Virus record (IMG/VR): IMGVR_UViG_3300042362_000235
Coordinates: 1-59,826 of that record
DNA from: a virus
Lineage: Duplodnaviria > Caudoviricetes
Length of the DNA: 59,826 nucleotides
Direction: 5' to 3' (one strand)
Positions 8,148 through 16,474 of this stretch are shown here, one piece after another (the stretch's first letter is position 1; the number at the start of each line of letters is the position of its first letter). A model generated the notes under the pieces. It worked only from the letters and a program-made list of their open reading frames with translations, had not been told where the DNA came from and made no database searches. Position numbers and translations under genes: made by a program.

Positions 8148-9253
8148 CCGGCCCGGCTTACTACAACGAGATCGACCCGTTCGCGGCCGAGTGGCTGCGC
8201 CGGCTGATTGCGCGCGGCCTCATTGCGCCGGGCGACGTGGACCAGCGGAGCATCGTCGATGTCCGACCCAGCGACTTGCGCGGATACGCGCAGTGCCACT
8301 TCTTCGCCGGGATCGGCGGATGGAGCCACGCCTTGCGACTTGCAGGCTGGCCCGACGACCGACCTGTTTGGACAGGCTCTTGCCCCTGCCAGCCGTTCAG
8401 CACCGCGGGCCAGCAGCGTGGCAGCAACGATGAGCGCCACCTATGGCCTTCGTTCTTTGGCCTCATCCCCGAGTGCCGCCCTGCAGCGGTCTTTGGCGAG
8501 CAGGTTGCCGGCGCTGCTGGACTCGCGTGGCTCGACCATGTTTGCGCTGATCTGGAGGGAGCAGGTTACGCCGCTGCGGCGGCGGATCTGTGCGCTGCGG
8601 GCGTCGGCGCCCCGCACATCCGCCAGCGGCTCTACTGGGTGGCCTACGACGACGCGGCAGGACGCCGCGGGCAGCGCGCGTCACGGCTACATGGTGACCG
8701 GGCACCCCGGCACGACGTTGCTGGATGCGGCGCGGATGGCGGCATGGCCGACCCCGAACGCCGGGCCGCAGAACGACACGGACTCGAACTGGCAGCGCAG
8801 GCGGGAGCAGCAGCGAGCTCTTGGCCGCAACGGCAACGGCTTCGGACTGAACCTGTCGATGGCCGCTTCGCTGACGGGCTGGGCGACACCCCAGTCGCGC
8901 GACTACAAGGGGGCGCCCAACCCGGGCAACGAGCTGACGCACAACGCGAGGCCGCTGAACGAGCAGGTGCGGCTGGTAGCGGCATGGGCGACCCCGCTGG
9001 TGAGGGACTCGCGCAACAGCGCGGGCGACGGGACGAACCCGCGAGACTTGCCGCGGCAGACCCGCTTGCTGCATGGCATGACGTCGAATGGCTCACCTGC
9101 AGCGACGGCAAGGCTCGGCCAACTGAACCCGGCCTTCAGCCGCTGGCTCATGGGGTTCCCGGCCGCGTGGGACGACTGCGCGCCTACGGCAACGCCATCG
9201 TCCCGCAGATCGCCGCTGCGTTCGTGATGGCGTGCATGGAGGGTGACGCATGA
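8144..9253 (+). CDS. C5 cytosine DNA methyltransferase, alpha polypeptide
   Basis: Motif I FFAGIGGW, motif [35 protein letters not shown]; motif IX is absent from this frame. Confidence 0.9.
   Translation: MTGPAYYNEIDPFAAEWLRRLIARGLIAPGDVDQRSIVDVRPSDLRGYAQCHFFAGIGGWSHALRLAGWPDDRPVWTGSCPCQPFSTAGQQRGSNDERHLWPSFFGLIPECRPAAVFGEQVAGAAGLAWLDHVCADLEGAGYAAAAADLCAAGVGAPHIRQRLYWVAYDDAAGRRGQRASRLHGDRAPRHDVAGCGADGGMADPERRAAERHGLELAAQAGAAASSWPQRQRLRTEPVDGRFADGLGDTPVARLQGGAQPGQRADAQREAAERAGAAGSGMGDPAGEGLAQQRGRRDEPARLAAADPLAAWHDVEWLTCSDGKARPTEPGLQPLAHGVPGRVGRLRAYGNAIVPQIAAAFVMACMEGDA
8259..9227 (+). CDS. Overlapping +1-frame ORF: putative methyltransferase beta polypeptide (M.EcoHK31I-beta-like)
   Basis: GGAG RBS 8 nt before the ATG; 322-aa ORF with WxTP..RD repeats and motif IX-like [16 protein letters not shown]. 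Confidence 0.7.
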   Translation: MSDPATCADTRSATSSPGSADGATPCDLQAGPTTDLFGQALAPASRSAPRASSVAATMSATYGLRSLASSPSAALQRSLASRLPALLDSRGSTMFALIWREQVTPLRRRICALRASAPRTSASGSTGWPTTTRQDAAGSARHGYMVTGHPGTTLLDAARMAAWPTPNAGPQNDTDSNWQRRREQQRALGRNGNGFGLNLSMAASLTGWATPQSRDYKGAPNPGNELTHNARPLNEQVRLVAAWATPLVRDSRNSAGDGTNPRDLPRQTRLLHGMTSNGSPAATARLGQLNPAFSRWLMGFPAAWDDCAPTATPSSRRSPLRS

Positions 9254-9486
9254 CGCGCACCCTCCATGTGGTGAGCATCAGCGGCGGCAAGGACTCGGCC
9301 GCGGCCAGCAAGAGGCAGGAGGCCTCCTTCTTCCCTGACCCGCACCGCGATGCGCACCTGAACAAGCGCGGCATACGCAACGTCGTGGAGTGGAGCAAGA
9401 CGCAGCGCGGGGGCCGTCTGCTGGATTGGATTCGAGTCACGGAGGAGCCCCGGGCGTGCGCGAGCGCGTACGGGCTGTGCGAGTGA
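9250..9486 (+). pseudogene. Internally deleted PAPS-reductase-family phage gene
   Basis: N-terminal VVSISGGKDS joined directly to the C-terminal ...CASAYGLCE; only 78 aa. Confidence 0.65.
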
Positions 9487-9821
9487 GCACTGAATGGACC
9501 GCACGCCAGCTTCTGGCTGCCACGAGGCAGCACGGCCTGGGGCTCGAGTCCCCCCGCTACAACCCGCGCCCGCCCGGCGTGATTCGCCTCGGATCGGCCA
9601 CCGAGGCCACGTTGCTGTTCCTGCGGGACGCTGCGCCGCGCTGGCTGGCGTTCCATCAGATCCAGGCCGGCACCGGGCGCAGCCGTGTGGCGGTGTCCTG
9701 GGCGCTGCTTTACCTGCGGTCGCAGCAACTTGTCGAGTGCGTGGGCGACGCCGCGCGCAACCCGCGCTACCTGCGCTACCGAGCCATTGCCGAGGCGCCC
9801 CCGAGCGCCAGGAGGAAGTGA
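9483..9821 (+). CDS. Putative winged-helix protein
   Basis: QIQAGTGRSRVAVSWALLYLRSQQLVE; translationally coupled. Confidence 0.6.
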   Translation: MSTEWTARQLLAATRQHGLGLESPRYNPRPPGVIRLGSATEATLLFLRDAAPRWLAFHQIQAGTGRSRVAVSWALLYLRSQQLVECVGDAARNPRYLRYRAIAEAPPSARRK

Positions 9822-10123
9822 TGCAACTGTCGATCGACTTCGCCGCGCCCAGCCGCGCCCGTCGCCGCGATCCGGCGACCAGCCACGCGGCTGCCGAGTC
9901 CATGCAGACCGCCGCGGCGCAGCAGGCCGAGCGCGTGCTGCAGGCGTTGCGCGCCCTCGGTGAGGCCGGCGCCGAGCAGATCGGCCTGGCGTGCGGCCTG
10001 GACGCCTACACGACCCGCAAGCGCCTGCCGGAACTGCAGCGCCTGGGGCTGGTCGAGCCCACCGGCGCCGTGCGCACGACGACGAGCGGCCGCGCCGAGC
10101 GCGTGTGGAGGGCAGCAGCATGA
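9821..10123 (+). CDS. Winged-helix phage protein
   Basis: RARRRDPATSHAAA...RKRLPELQRLGLVE...SGRAERVW. Confidence 0.7.
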   Translation: MQLSIDFAAPSRARRRDPATSHAAAESMQTAAAQQAERVLQALRALGEAGAEQIGLACGLDAYTTRKRLPELQRLGLVEPTGAVRTTTSGRAERVWRAAA

Positions 10124-10431
10124 CCAAGCCCCGCGCTGCGCATCTGGTGCGCCCGCCGCAGAAGCCTCAAGGCCGGCGTCCGCGACCGCAGTTGTTGCGC
10201 GAGTTCGCGCCGGGCTACTTCACGCAGCCGGTGCTGCGCTGGTGGCCCGGCTGGCAGCCCTACGTGCTGCCCGGTGACGTGCCCCGCAAGGGCCGCCCCG
10301 AGGGTGACATCGGGCAGTCGCAGCGCGCGGCACAGAGCCGCCGCCGTGCGCAGGAGGCCGGCGTGGGCTGGGGCAAGGGGACGATCCTGATGCACAACAC
10401 ACCCAAGAACGACGCGCCGGGGTGGCTGTGA
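10120..10431 (+). CDS. Hypothetical protein
   Basis: Coupled ORF within the rightward operon. Confidence 0.5.
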   Translation: MTKPRAAHLVRPPQKPQGRRPRPQLLREFAPGYFTQPVLRWWPGWQPYVLPGDVPRKGRPEGDIGQSQRAAQSRRRAQEAGVGWGKGTILMHNTPKNDAPGWL

Positions 10432-10751
10432 TGACCCCGCGCATCTACGTGTCCGGGCCGATGTCGGGGCACCCCGACCTCAACTTCCCGGCGTTCCACG
10501 CTGCGGCGGACCAGCTGCGCGCCGCCGGCTACGACGTGGTGAACCCGGCCGAGTTTGGGGAGACGCCGGGCCGCGCCTGGGAGGACTACCTCCGCGAGGA
10601 CATCAAGGCGCTGATGGACTGCGCCGGCGTGGCTTTGCTGCCGGGCTACAAGCAGTCGCGCGGCGCGATGCTCGAACTGCACATCGCGGTGGCCCTCTCG
10701 ATGGACGTGCGGCCGCTGGAGCAGTGGCTGACGCAGGAGCAGGCGGCGTGA
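10431..10751 (+). CDS. DUF4406 (nucleoside deoxyribosyltransferase-like) protein
   Basis: RIYVSGPMSG..DLNFPAF..VVNPAE..SRGAMLE. Confidence 0.85.
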   Translation: MTPRIYVSGPMSGHPDLNFPAFHAAADQLRAAGYDVVNPAEFGETPGRAWEDYLREDIKALMDCAGVALLPGYKQSRGAMLELHIAVALSMDVRPLEQWLTQEQAA

Positions 10752-11746
10752 CCATCCCCGCCCCGTACCCACCAGACACCCGTGCCCGCGGCTGGCGCTA
10801 CGAGCTCGACTACGAGCGCATCCGCCAGTCGGACACCTGGGCACTGGCTGGCCCCGAGGCGCGCCCCTGGCTGCTGATGCTGTGGCTGGTCGCGTGGGAG
10901 CAGACCCCGTGCGGGTCGCTGCCGGGCGACGAGGCGCTGATCGCGGCCCGCATCGAGATGCCGGCGAAGCTGTGGGCCAAGCACCGCGCCGTGCTGTTGC
11001 GCGGCTGGGAACTGGCCGACGACGGGCGCCGCTACCACCGGGTGCTGACCGAGCGCGTCATCGAGATGATGGAGGCGCGGCGCCGGGAGTCCGACCGGAA
11101 GGCGCTGGCCCGCGCCCGGAAGGCCGCGGGAGAGGCCAAGGAATCCGGAGGAAGTCCCGCGGATGTCCCACGGGACAACCAAGGGACACCCACGGGACTC
11201 CACCCGGAATCCGACACCGGAACCGGAACCGGAACCGGAACCTATATGGGTGGTGAATACAACACCACACACTGCGACTCTCCGCGCGCGCCCGCGAGCG
11301 ACCCGCCGACGCCCGACGATCCGCCGCCGAAGGATCCGCCCCCCGAGCAGCAGCCACCCCGCCCGAGCGCCGCAGCGCAGGTGTGCATCGCGTTGCGCGC
11401 CGCCGGTGTGGCCGACGTGAACCCGGGCCACCCTCGGCTGCAGACGCTGCTGGAGGCCGGTGCTACCGCCGCGGAGTTCGTGGGGTTCGTCGACAAGGCC
11501 CGAGAGGTCGCGCCAGGCCGCGAGTTCGCCTACGTGCTGGGTGCCGTGGAGGGCGCCCGCACCCGCGCCGCTGCCGCGGCGCCCGGGCTGCACCGCGGGC
11601 CGATGCCGGCTGGGCCGCCCCGCACAACGGAATCGGCGCGGGATCGCGCAGCACGGAAGCGCGTCGAGGCATTCGCCCCTGACGCGGCGGTGAAGGTGGG
11701 TACGTTCACGGAGGTCGTCGATGTCGTTGCCCGAAGCGTGGGTTAA
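10748..11746 (+). CDS. Replication initiator (YdaU/DUF1376-like N-terminus)
   Basis: WLVAWEQTPCGSLPGDEALIA motif; internal iterons. Confidence 0.75.
   Translation: MTIPAPYPPDTRARGWRYELDYERIRQSDTWALAGPEARPWLLMLWLVAWEQTPCGSLPGDEALIAARIEMPAKLWAKHRAVLLRGWELADDGRRYHRVLTERVIEMMEARRRESDRKALARARKAAGEAKESGGSPADVPRDNQGTPTGLHPESDTGTGTGTGTYMGGEYNTTHCDSPRAPASDPPTPDDPPPKDPPPEQQPPRPSAAAQVCIALRAAGVADVNPGHPRLQTLLEAGATAAEFVGFVDKAREVAPGREFAYVLGAVEGARTRAAAAAPGLHRGPMPAGPPRTTESARDRAARKRVEAFAPDAAVKVGTFTEVVDVVARSVG
11156..11199 (+). repeat. Putative origin iterons (four ~11-bp units) inside the initiator gene
   Basis: CCCGCGGATGT / CCCACGGGACA / ACCAAGGGACA / CCCACGGGACT in tandem. Confidence 0.6.
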
Positions 11747-12257
11747 GGCGCTGTTCATGCGGTTGACGGTGCGCTACGGCGAGGCGTTCTTTCGCCAGTA
11801 CGCAGGGATTGATCCCGCCCTCGTCCAGGCGGACTGGGCGCAGGTGCTCGACGGCACAAGCGGCCACTCGATCGAGTACGCGCTGCGCAACCTCCCGAGC
11901 GACTGGCCGCCCACGGCGCTGAAGTTCCGCGACCTGTGCCGCCAGGCGCCTGCCAAGCCGGTGCCTGCCGAGCAGCGGTTGGGGTACACGCCGGAGAAGC
12001 GCGACCCGCAGCGTGTGGCCGCGATGGTGGCCCAGGTGCAGATGAAGGCCCGGGAGGATCGCCGCAGCGAGCTCACGCCAGCCGAGCGGTGCTACGTCCA
12101 GATCATGAGCCTGACCAACGACGGGAAGAAGTTGAGCCCGCCGCAGAAGGCGCGGATCGAGGCGATGCGCAACGCCGGCCTGCTGCGCCGCTACTTCCCG
12201 GAGGAGGTCGTGCTGCGCGAGGAGGCTGCCGTGCCGATCAAGGCCATTTCGGCGTGA
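11721..12257 (+). CDS. Replication-associated protein (P-like position)
   Basis: WVKALFMRLTVRYG..W...PPTALKFRDLC; follows the initiator. Confidence 0.6.
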   Translation: MSLPEAWVKALFMRLTVRYGEAFFRQYAGIDPALVQADWAQVLDGTSGHSIEYALRNLPSDWPPTALKFRDLCRQAPAKPVPAEQRLGYTPEKRDPQRVAAMVAQVQMKAREDRRSELTPAERCYVQIMSLTNDGKKLSPPQKARIEAMRNAGLLRRYFPEEVVLREEAAVPIKAISA

Positions 12258-12520
12258 CCCCGGAGGAGCCCCAGCCATGTCCGTCCCCACCGGATCCAAC
12301 CTCGCCGCCATGTCCGGCCTGCTTGCACGCCGCCGCCACGCCCTTCGCCGGGGGCTTCCGCATGCAGTGCTTGGCCTGCTGCACGCGGCTGGTGCTGTCG
12401 GCGCACCCGCTGCGCCACGCGGCCCAGGCCATGCTGGCCGCGATCGCGCGGCACCCGGACGCCCCTGGCCGGGCGCAGGTGTTGGCATCCGTCCGCCTGG
12501 CCCTGGAGAGACGCCCCTGA
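12254..12520 (+). CDS. Hypothetical Cys-rich protein
   Basis: CxxC...CxxC; coupled GTG start. Confidence 0.45.
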   Translation: MTPEEPQPCPSPPDPTSPPCPACLHAAATPFAGGFRMQCLACCTRLVLSAHPLRHAAQAMLAAIARHPDAPGRAQVLASVRLALERRP

Positions 12521-12572
12521 CCCTCGACGAGATCGCCGTGGCTCTGCGCCACGGGGTGAGGCTCTGACCGCC

Positions 12573-13055
12573 ATGCGCAAGCGTTCCAAGTACCGCCCGC
12601 GCGCCGTGCTGAGCGACCCGCTGCTGCTGCTGCGCCCGGCCCCGAAGGCCGACGCCGATGCGGTGATGCTCCGGTTCCTCACGGCGCTGGAGACGGTCGC
12701 CGGCGGCAGCCACCCGGGCGAGGCCGAGTGGCGCGACCTGGCCGACGCGATCAACACCGTCGAGACGCTGGCCCTGACGATGCACCGGCTGGTGCCCCAG
12801 GAGGTCATGCCGACCGTCAACGCGGCCATCGCCGCGATGGTGGGCGCCGCCAACCGCTACCGGGCTGGGGGCGGCATGCGCGTAGACGGCCCCGGGCTGG
12901 TGGCGCTGCGCGAGGTCGTCGGCATCTACGGCCAGTGCCTCGACGAACTGACCGGCCGCGAGATGGCGATGGCCCGCGCCGAGACAATCCGCCGCATGCA
13001 GGCCGTGCTGCGCCGCCGCAGCGAGGACACCGACGCCAAGGTGGTGGCCCTGTGA
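12573..13055 (+). CDS. Conserved hypothetical phage protein
   Basis: MRKRSKYRPR N-terminus; typical high-GC3 codon use. Confidence 0.65.
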   Translation: MRKRSKYRPRAVLSDPLLLLRPAPKADADAVMLRFLTALETVAGGSHPGEAEWRDLADAINTVETLALTMHRLVPQEVMPTVNAAIAAMVGAANRYRAGGGMRVDGPGLVALREVVGIYGQCLDELTGREMAMARAETIRRMQAVLRRRSEDTDAKVVAL

Positions 13056-13420
13056 CGCTGCGCCTGGACACGTTCAAGCGGGCGCCGAAGTACGGCAACC
13101 GCCGGGTGCCGGCCAGCGACGGCGGCAAGCCCTTCGACAGCCAGGCCGAGGCCCGCCGCTACGCGGAACTGCTGCTGCTGCAGCGCGCCGGCGAGATCAG
13201 CGGCCTGCAGCGCCAGGTGCCCTACGAGCTGGTGCCTGCGCAGCGCGACAGCGCCGGCAAGGCCGTGCGTGCGGTCACCTACGTGGCCGACTTCCACTAC
13301 CGCACCAAGGACGGCACCGCCGTCGTCGAGGACGTGAAGGGCGTGCTGACGCCCGACTACCGCATCAAGGCGAAGCTGATGCTGTGGCGCCACGGCATCG
13401 AGGTCAGGGAGGTGCGCTGA
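13052..13420 (+). CDS. DUF1064 family nuclease-like protein
   Basis: KYGNRRV...FDSQAEARRY...YVADFHY...VVEDVKG. Confidence 0.85.
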   Translation: MTLRLDTFKRAPKYGNRRVPASDGGKPFDSQAEARRYAELLLLQRAGEISGLQRQVPYELVPAQRDSAGKAVRAVTYVADFHYRTKDGTAVVEDVKGVLTPDYRIKAKLMLWRHGIEVREVR

Positions 13421-13989
13421 TGGGGCGCCCGAGCAAGCTGGCGCCGCACCAGTGGGCCGAGGTCGAGCGCAGGCTGCTGGCCGGGGAGGGAGCGAGCGCG
13501 CTGGGACGCGAGTTCGGCGTGAGCGAGGCCGCGATCCGAAAGCGGTTCGGAGAAACGCGGAAGTACGAAAGTGCGAACGTCCAAAAGACGGCCCGGCTGG
13601 TGGCCGACGCCAACGACGCGCTCGAAGCCCTGCCGCCTGCGCAGCGCCAGGTGGCCGTCGCCCTGGCCGACGAACTGCGCGCGATCAGCCGCAACCTCGC
13701 CGCCGCGGCCCGGCTGGGCAGCGCCACGGCACAGATCCTGGCCCAGCAAGCGCACCAGCAGGCGCAGGACGTGAGCGACGAGGCCGGGCTGCGCGCGGTG
13801 GCCATGCTGACCCGCACCGCCAACGAGGCCGCGGCCACGGGCCTGCAGCTGCTGCGCAGCAACGAGAACGTGGTGGCCGACGAGGAGGCCGAGCGCGGGC
13901 GCCAGGCGCGCCGTGTGACGCGGATCGAGATCGTGCCGATGGAGCCCGAGAATGATCGGGTGATGGATGCACCTCGAGGCGAGCGATGA
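13420..13989 (+). CDS. Probable terminase small subunit
   Basis: MGRPSKL, N-terminal HTH, C-terminal VTRIEIV; last core gene before terL. Confidence 0.65.
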   Translation: MGRPSKLAPHQWAEVERRLLAGEGASALGREFGVSEAAIRKRFGETRKYESANVQKTARLVADANDALEALPPAQRQVAVALADELRAISRNLAAAARLGSATAQILAQQAHQQAQDVSDEAGLRAVAMLTRTANEAAATGLQLLRSNENVVADEEAERGRQARRVTRIEIVPMEPENDRVMDAPRGER

Positions 13990-14507
13990 GCGACTTTCTG
14001 TCAATGCAGGCGCAGGCGCGTAGCGATCTCACCGCGCGGTTCACATGCGAGCACGAGCATACCGAGGTTCGGCGGCGCGTCATCAAGGGCGGCGCCGTGC
14101 AGTACGTCCGACAGTGCCTGCGCTGTGGTGAGCCGCAGGGCAACCCCATTGCCAAGGCCAAGGTGTTGGCCGAAAGCGGCGGCGAGCCACCCGATTTCGA
14201 CGACGAACTGAACGAGCAGTGGAAGGCCGAGTACGCCGCCGGGTGGGAAGACATCCGCAAACGCTTCGACCGCGAAGCGTTCTTGAAGGAGTGGTATGCC
14301 GACTATCTGCGCTCTCCGGAGTGGGGCAGACGGCGAGCCGCGGTGATGAGGCGCGCCAACGGCGTGTGTGAGGGGTGTGGCGAGTGCCCCCCGACTGAGG
14401 TGCATCACCTGACCTACAAGCACGTCGGCCGCGAGTTCCTGTTCGAGCTGGTGGCGCTTTGCGAGGGTTGCCACACGCGCGCCCATCAAGACGAGGAGGG
14501 GGTGTAG
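13986..14507 (+). CDS. HNH-type endonuclease
   Basis: YLRSPEW...CEGC..EVHHLTY...LCEGCH. Confidence 0.8.
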   Translation: MSDFLSMQAQARSDLTARFTCEHEHTEVRRRVIKGGAVQYVRQCLRCGEPQGNPIAKAKVLAESGGEPPDFDDELNEQWKAEYAAGWEDIRKRFDREAFLKEWYADYLRSPEWGRRRAAVMRRANGVCEGCGECPPTEVHHLTYKHVGREFLFELVALCEGCHTRAHQDEEGV

Positions 14508-14566
14508 CCCATGCGGTTGGCCCTTGCGACGAGCACGCCGGCATGACTGGCATGCGTCTTGGAGAC

Positions 14567-15424
14567 ATGATGGAGCACCTGAATTACTGCCGCCAACTGA
14601 TGAAGCATTGCAAATCAATGCTGGAGGCGCCCAGCCTTGATCCCGTGGCACGCGCCCTACTCAGCCGCGTGGTGGACTTGCACGGCGCTTCAACCAAGTT
14701 TCATCTTCCCGTTGGCGGGAGGTTGTTCGATGATCCGCAGTACCGCGCGCTGGACGAGTCGCAGCCGCTGCACCTGCCCTACCCATGCATTGCGCTGGAA
14801 TACCAGAGCGGCGGCCGAGAGCGCAGACCAGATGAGCCGATGTGGGGGCGCAACGGACCGACATACGAAGACGATTCCTTCGTCATCGCACCCAAGCGGG
14901 TTGTATTTGCTAGAGAACAAGGCGACTGGATCGTCATCAACGTCGCATTCTGGACGACTGACGACGCGGTTTGGCGCGTGCTCCCAGAGTGCGCGATACC
15001 CAGGACGGGCTATCTTGACCGCGCGAAAGAAGATCGCGGCCGGGTACCGATCAGGTTTGGGCTGGCAGACGAGCGCGTGCCGCTGTCGGACTACATGGAT
15101 GAACTGGGCGCGCTGCTTTGTTTCCTGAACGCGCTGCAGTGTTCAAACGTCCATGTCGAGCGCAGCGAGCCCAAGAAGGCCGGCAAGAAGATTAAGGCCG
15201 CGCTGCCTTTCGACACATACCACTTCCTGACGATTGAGGCACCTGGCAAGGCTGGGTGCGGCACACCGACTGGCGGACACCGTTCGCCCCGCGAGCACCT
15301 GCGACGCGGGCACATCCGTCGCCTGGCAGACGGACGGCGCAGTTGGGTGAACGCCACAGTGGTCGCGGCAGGGCGTGGCGCTGGCGTGGTGACAAAGGAC
15401 TATGCGGTGCGGTGCGCTGCATAA
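14567..15424 (+). CDS. Hypothetical phage protein with C-terminal HxRRGH motif
   Basis: SPREHLRRGHIRR; lower GC; stop TAA lies in the attC1 core (GCATAAC). Confidence 0.7.
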   Translation: MMEHLNYCRQLMKHCKSMLEAPSLDPVARALLSRVVDLHGASTKFHLPVGGRLFDDPQYRALDESQPLHLPYPCIALEYQSGGRERRPDEPMWGRNGPTYEDDSFVIAPKRVVFAREQGDWIVINVAFWTTDDAVWRVLPECAIPRTGYLDRAKEDRGRVPIRFGLADERVPLSDYMDELGALLCFLNALQCSNVHVERSEPKKAGKKIKAALPFDTYHFLTIEAPGKAGCGTPTGGHRSPREHLRRGHIRRLADGRRSWVNATVVAAGRGAGVVTKDYAVRCAA

Positions 15425-15470
15425 CGCCCGAGTTCAGCCGCCGTAGGTCGGCTGGAACGAAGTGTTAGGC
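15419..15470 (-). mobile_element. Integron attC site 1 (52 bp)
   Basis: Minus strand GCCTAAC-acttc-GTTCCAGC-CGA-CC-TAC-GG-CG-GCTGAAC-tcgggc-GTTATGC: R'', L'' with extra C, unpaired A, L', R'. Confidence 0.88.
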
Positions 15471-15487
15471 AGCATGTTGGAGAAACG

Positions 15488-15805
15488 ATGAGACAGACGC
15501 ACGAATGGCCCGGCCACTGGACGCGAGTAGCGCCCAGCGTGGAAGACCACCCGCAGGGCGGCGAACTGGCCTGGATGGCGCGTGGCTACCCGTTCACCCG
15601 CCCGGTGCTGGCGCGCTCGAATGTGGGCGTGAAGCGTGCGCCGACGTGGGCAGCAATGGAGCCGGTGTACCAACAGTTTGTGCGCGTCGAGTTGATGGCC
15701 GACAACTTCCACGGCCAGGACGCCAGCAACTTCGGCTGGTTCCGCGACTTGGAGTGGCTGGGGCCGCTGGTGCTGCCTAACGCCCGAGGTAAGCCGCGCC
15801 GCTAG
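15488..15805 (+). CDS. Cassette ORF, hypothetical
   Basis: GGAGA RBS; between attC1 and attC2; stop codon falls in the attC2 loop. Confidence 0.65.
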   Translation: MRQTHEWPGHWTRVAPSVEDHPQGGELAWMARGYPFTRPVLARSNVGVKRAPTWAAMEPVYQQFVRVELMADNFHGQDASNFGWFRDLEWLGPLVLPNARGKPRR

Positions 15806-15831
15806 GCGTCGGCTTGAGCGAAGTGTTAGGC
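15775..15831 (-). mobile_element. Integron attC site 2 (57 bp)
   Basis: Minus strand GCCTAAC-acttc-GCTCAAGC-CGA-CGCC-TAGC-GGCG-CG-GCTTACC-tcgggc-GTTAGGC. Confidence 0.9.
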
Positions 15832-15855
15832 GTCTTGGTGAGCGGAGAGGAAACG

Positions 15856-16158
15856 ATGGAATACACAGCGACTTTGCCGACCGAGGTTGGCGCCTACCGG
15901 CACCGCTGGTCCGATGCGCGCGGCACACTGCGAGAGCAAGTGCTGTTCGTTGGCTACACCAACGCCAGCGCGCCTCGCTTGCAGGGCGACAGGCCAAACG
16001 CCTACATGCCGCGCAAGCTGAAGTGCTGCCGGCCTGACGAGCACCTACACGCCGACAGACTGACGCCGGCCGAGTGGGGCGGGTGGTGGGCGCGCATTGA
16101 GACGCCTAACGCAGAAGTAACCGGCCTTGGCCGCAACAGGAGCAACGATGAACGATGA
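15856..16158 (+). CDS. Cassette ORF, hypothetical
   Basis: GGAGAGG RBS; reads into attC3 and stops in its loop. Confidence 0.65.
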   Translation: MEYTATLPTEVGAYRHRWSDARGTLREQVLFVGYTNASAPRLQGDRPNAYMPRKLKCCRPDEHLHADRLTPAEWGGWWARIETPNAEVTGLGRNRSNDER

Positions 16159-16198
16159 ACTTTCGCCGGCCAAGGTCCGGTTGACTGACGGGTTAGGC
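16104..16198 (-). mobile_element. Integron attC site 3 (95 bp)
   Basis: Minus strand GCCTAAC-ccgtc-AGTCAACC-GGA-CCTTGGCCG...CGGCCAAGG-CC-GGTTACT-tctgc-GTTAGGC. Confidence 0.88.
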
Positions 16199-16456
16199 CC
16201 GCTGGTGGATGCCGAGATGGCGGCTTACTACGAGGGTGAATATGGTGACCACAGCACGGCCCGCGCCCGACTGCTGGACTTTGCGCGGGCGGTGATCGCA
16301 TCCGAGTGCGTGGATCTGAGACAGGCCGCCGAGTACGCGGCGCACAAACTTGAAGGGGCGCGCATCTGGAACGGGCAAGAGTGGCACTACAACCCGCTGC
16401 ACCCGCTGCACTACCGGAGCGCGCTGGAGCGCCTGCGCGATGCGCTGCGGGCCTAA
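16148..16456 (+). CDS. Cassette ORF, hypothetical
   Basis: AGGAG RBS and ATG inside the attC3 loop; stop TAA inside the terminal core GCCTAAC (16451-16457). Confidence 0.7.
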   Translation: MNDELSPAKVRLTDGLGPLVDAEMAAYYEGEYGDHSTARARLLDFARAVIASECVDLRQAAEYAAHKLEGARIWNGQEWHYNPLHPLHYRSALERLRDALRA

Positions 16457-16474
16457 CGCGAAATAGACAAACCC

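Noticed and set aside
14510-14565. Degenerate fourth attC upstream of the HxRRGH gene
   Set aside because: Only a faint resemblance; no intact GTT/AAC cores or paired L boxes.
15419-16457. Repeats as a CRISPR array, REP elements or terminators
   Set aside because: Units differ in length and sequence, are separated by ~300-bp ORFs, lack U-tails and match the attC box pattern; no cas genes are present.
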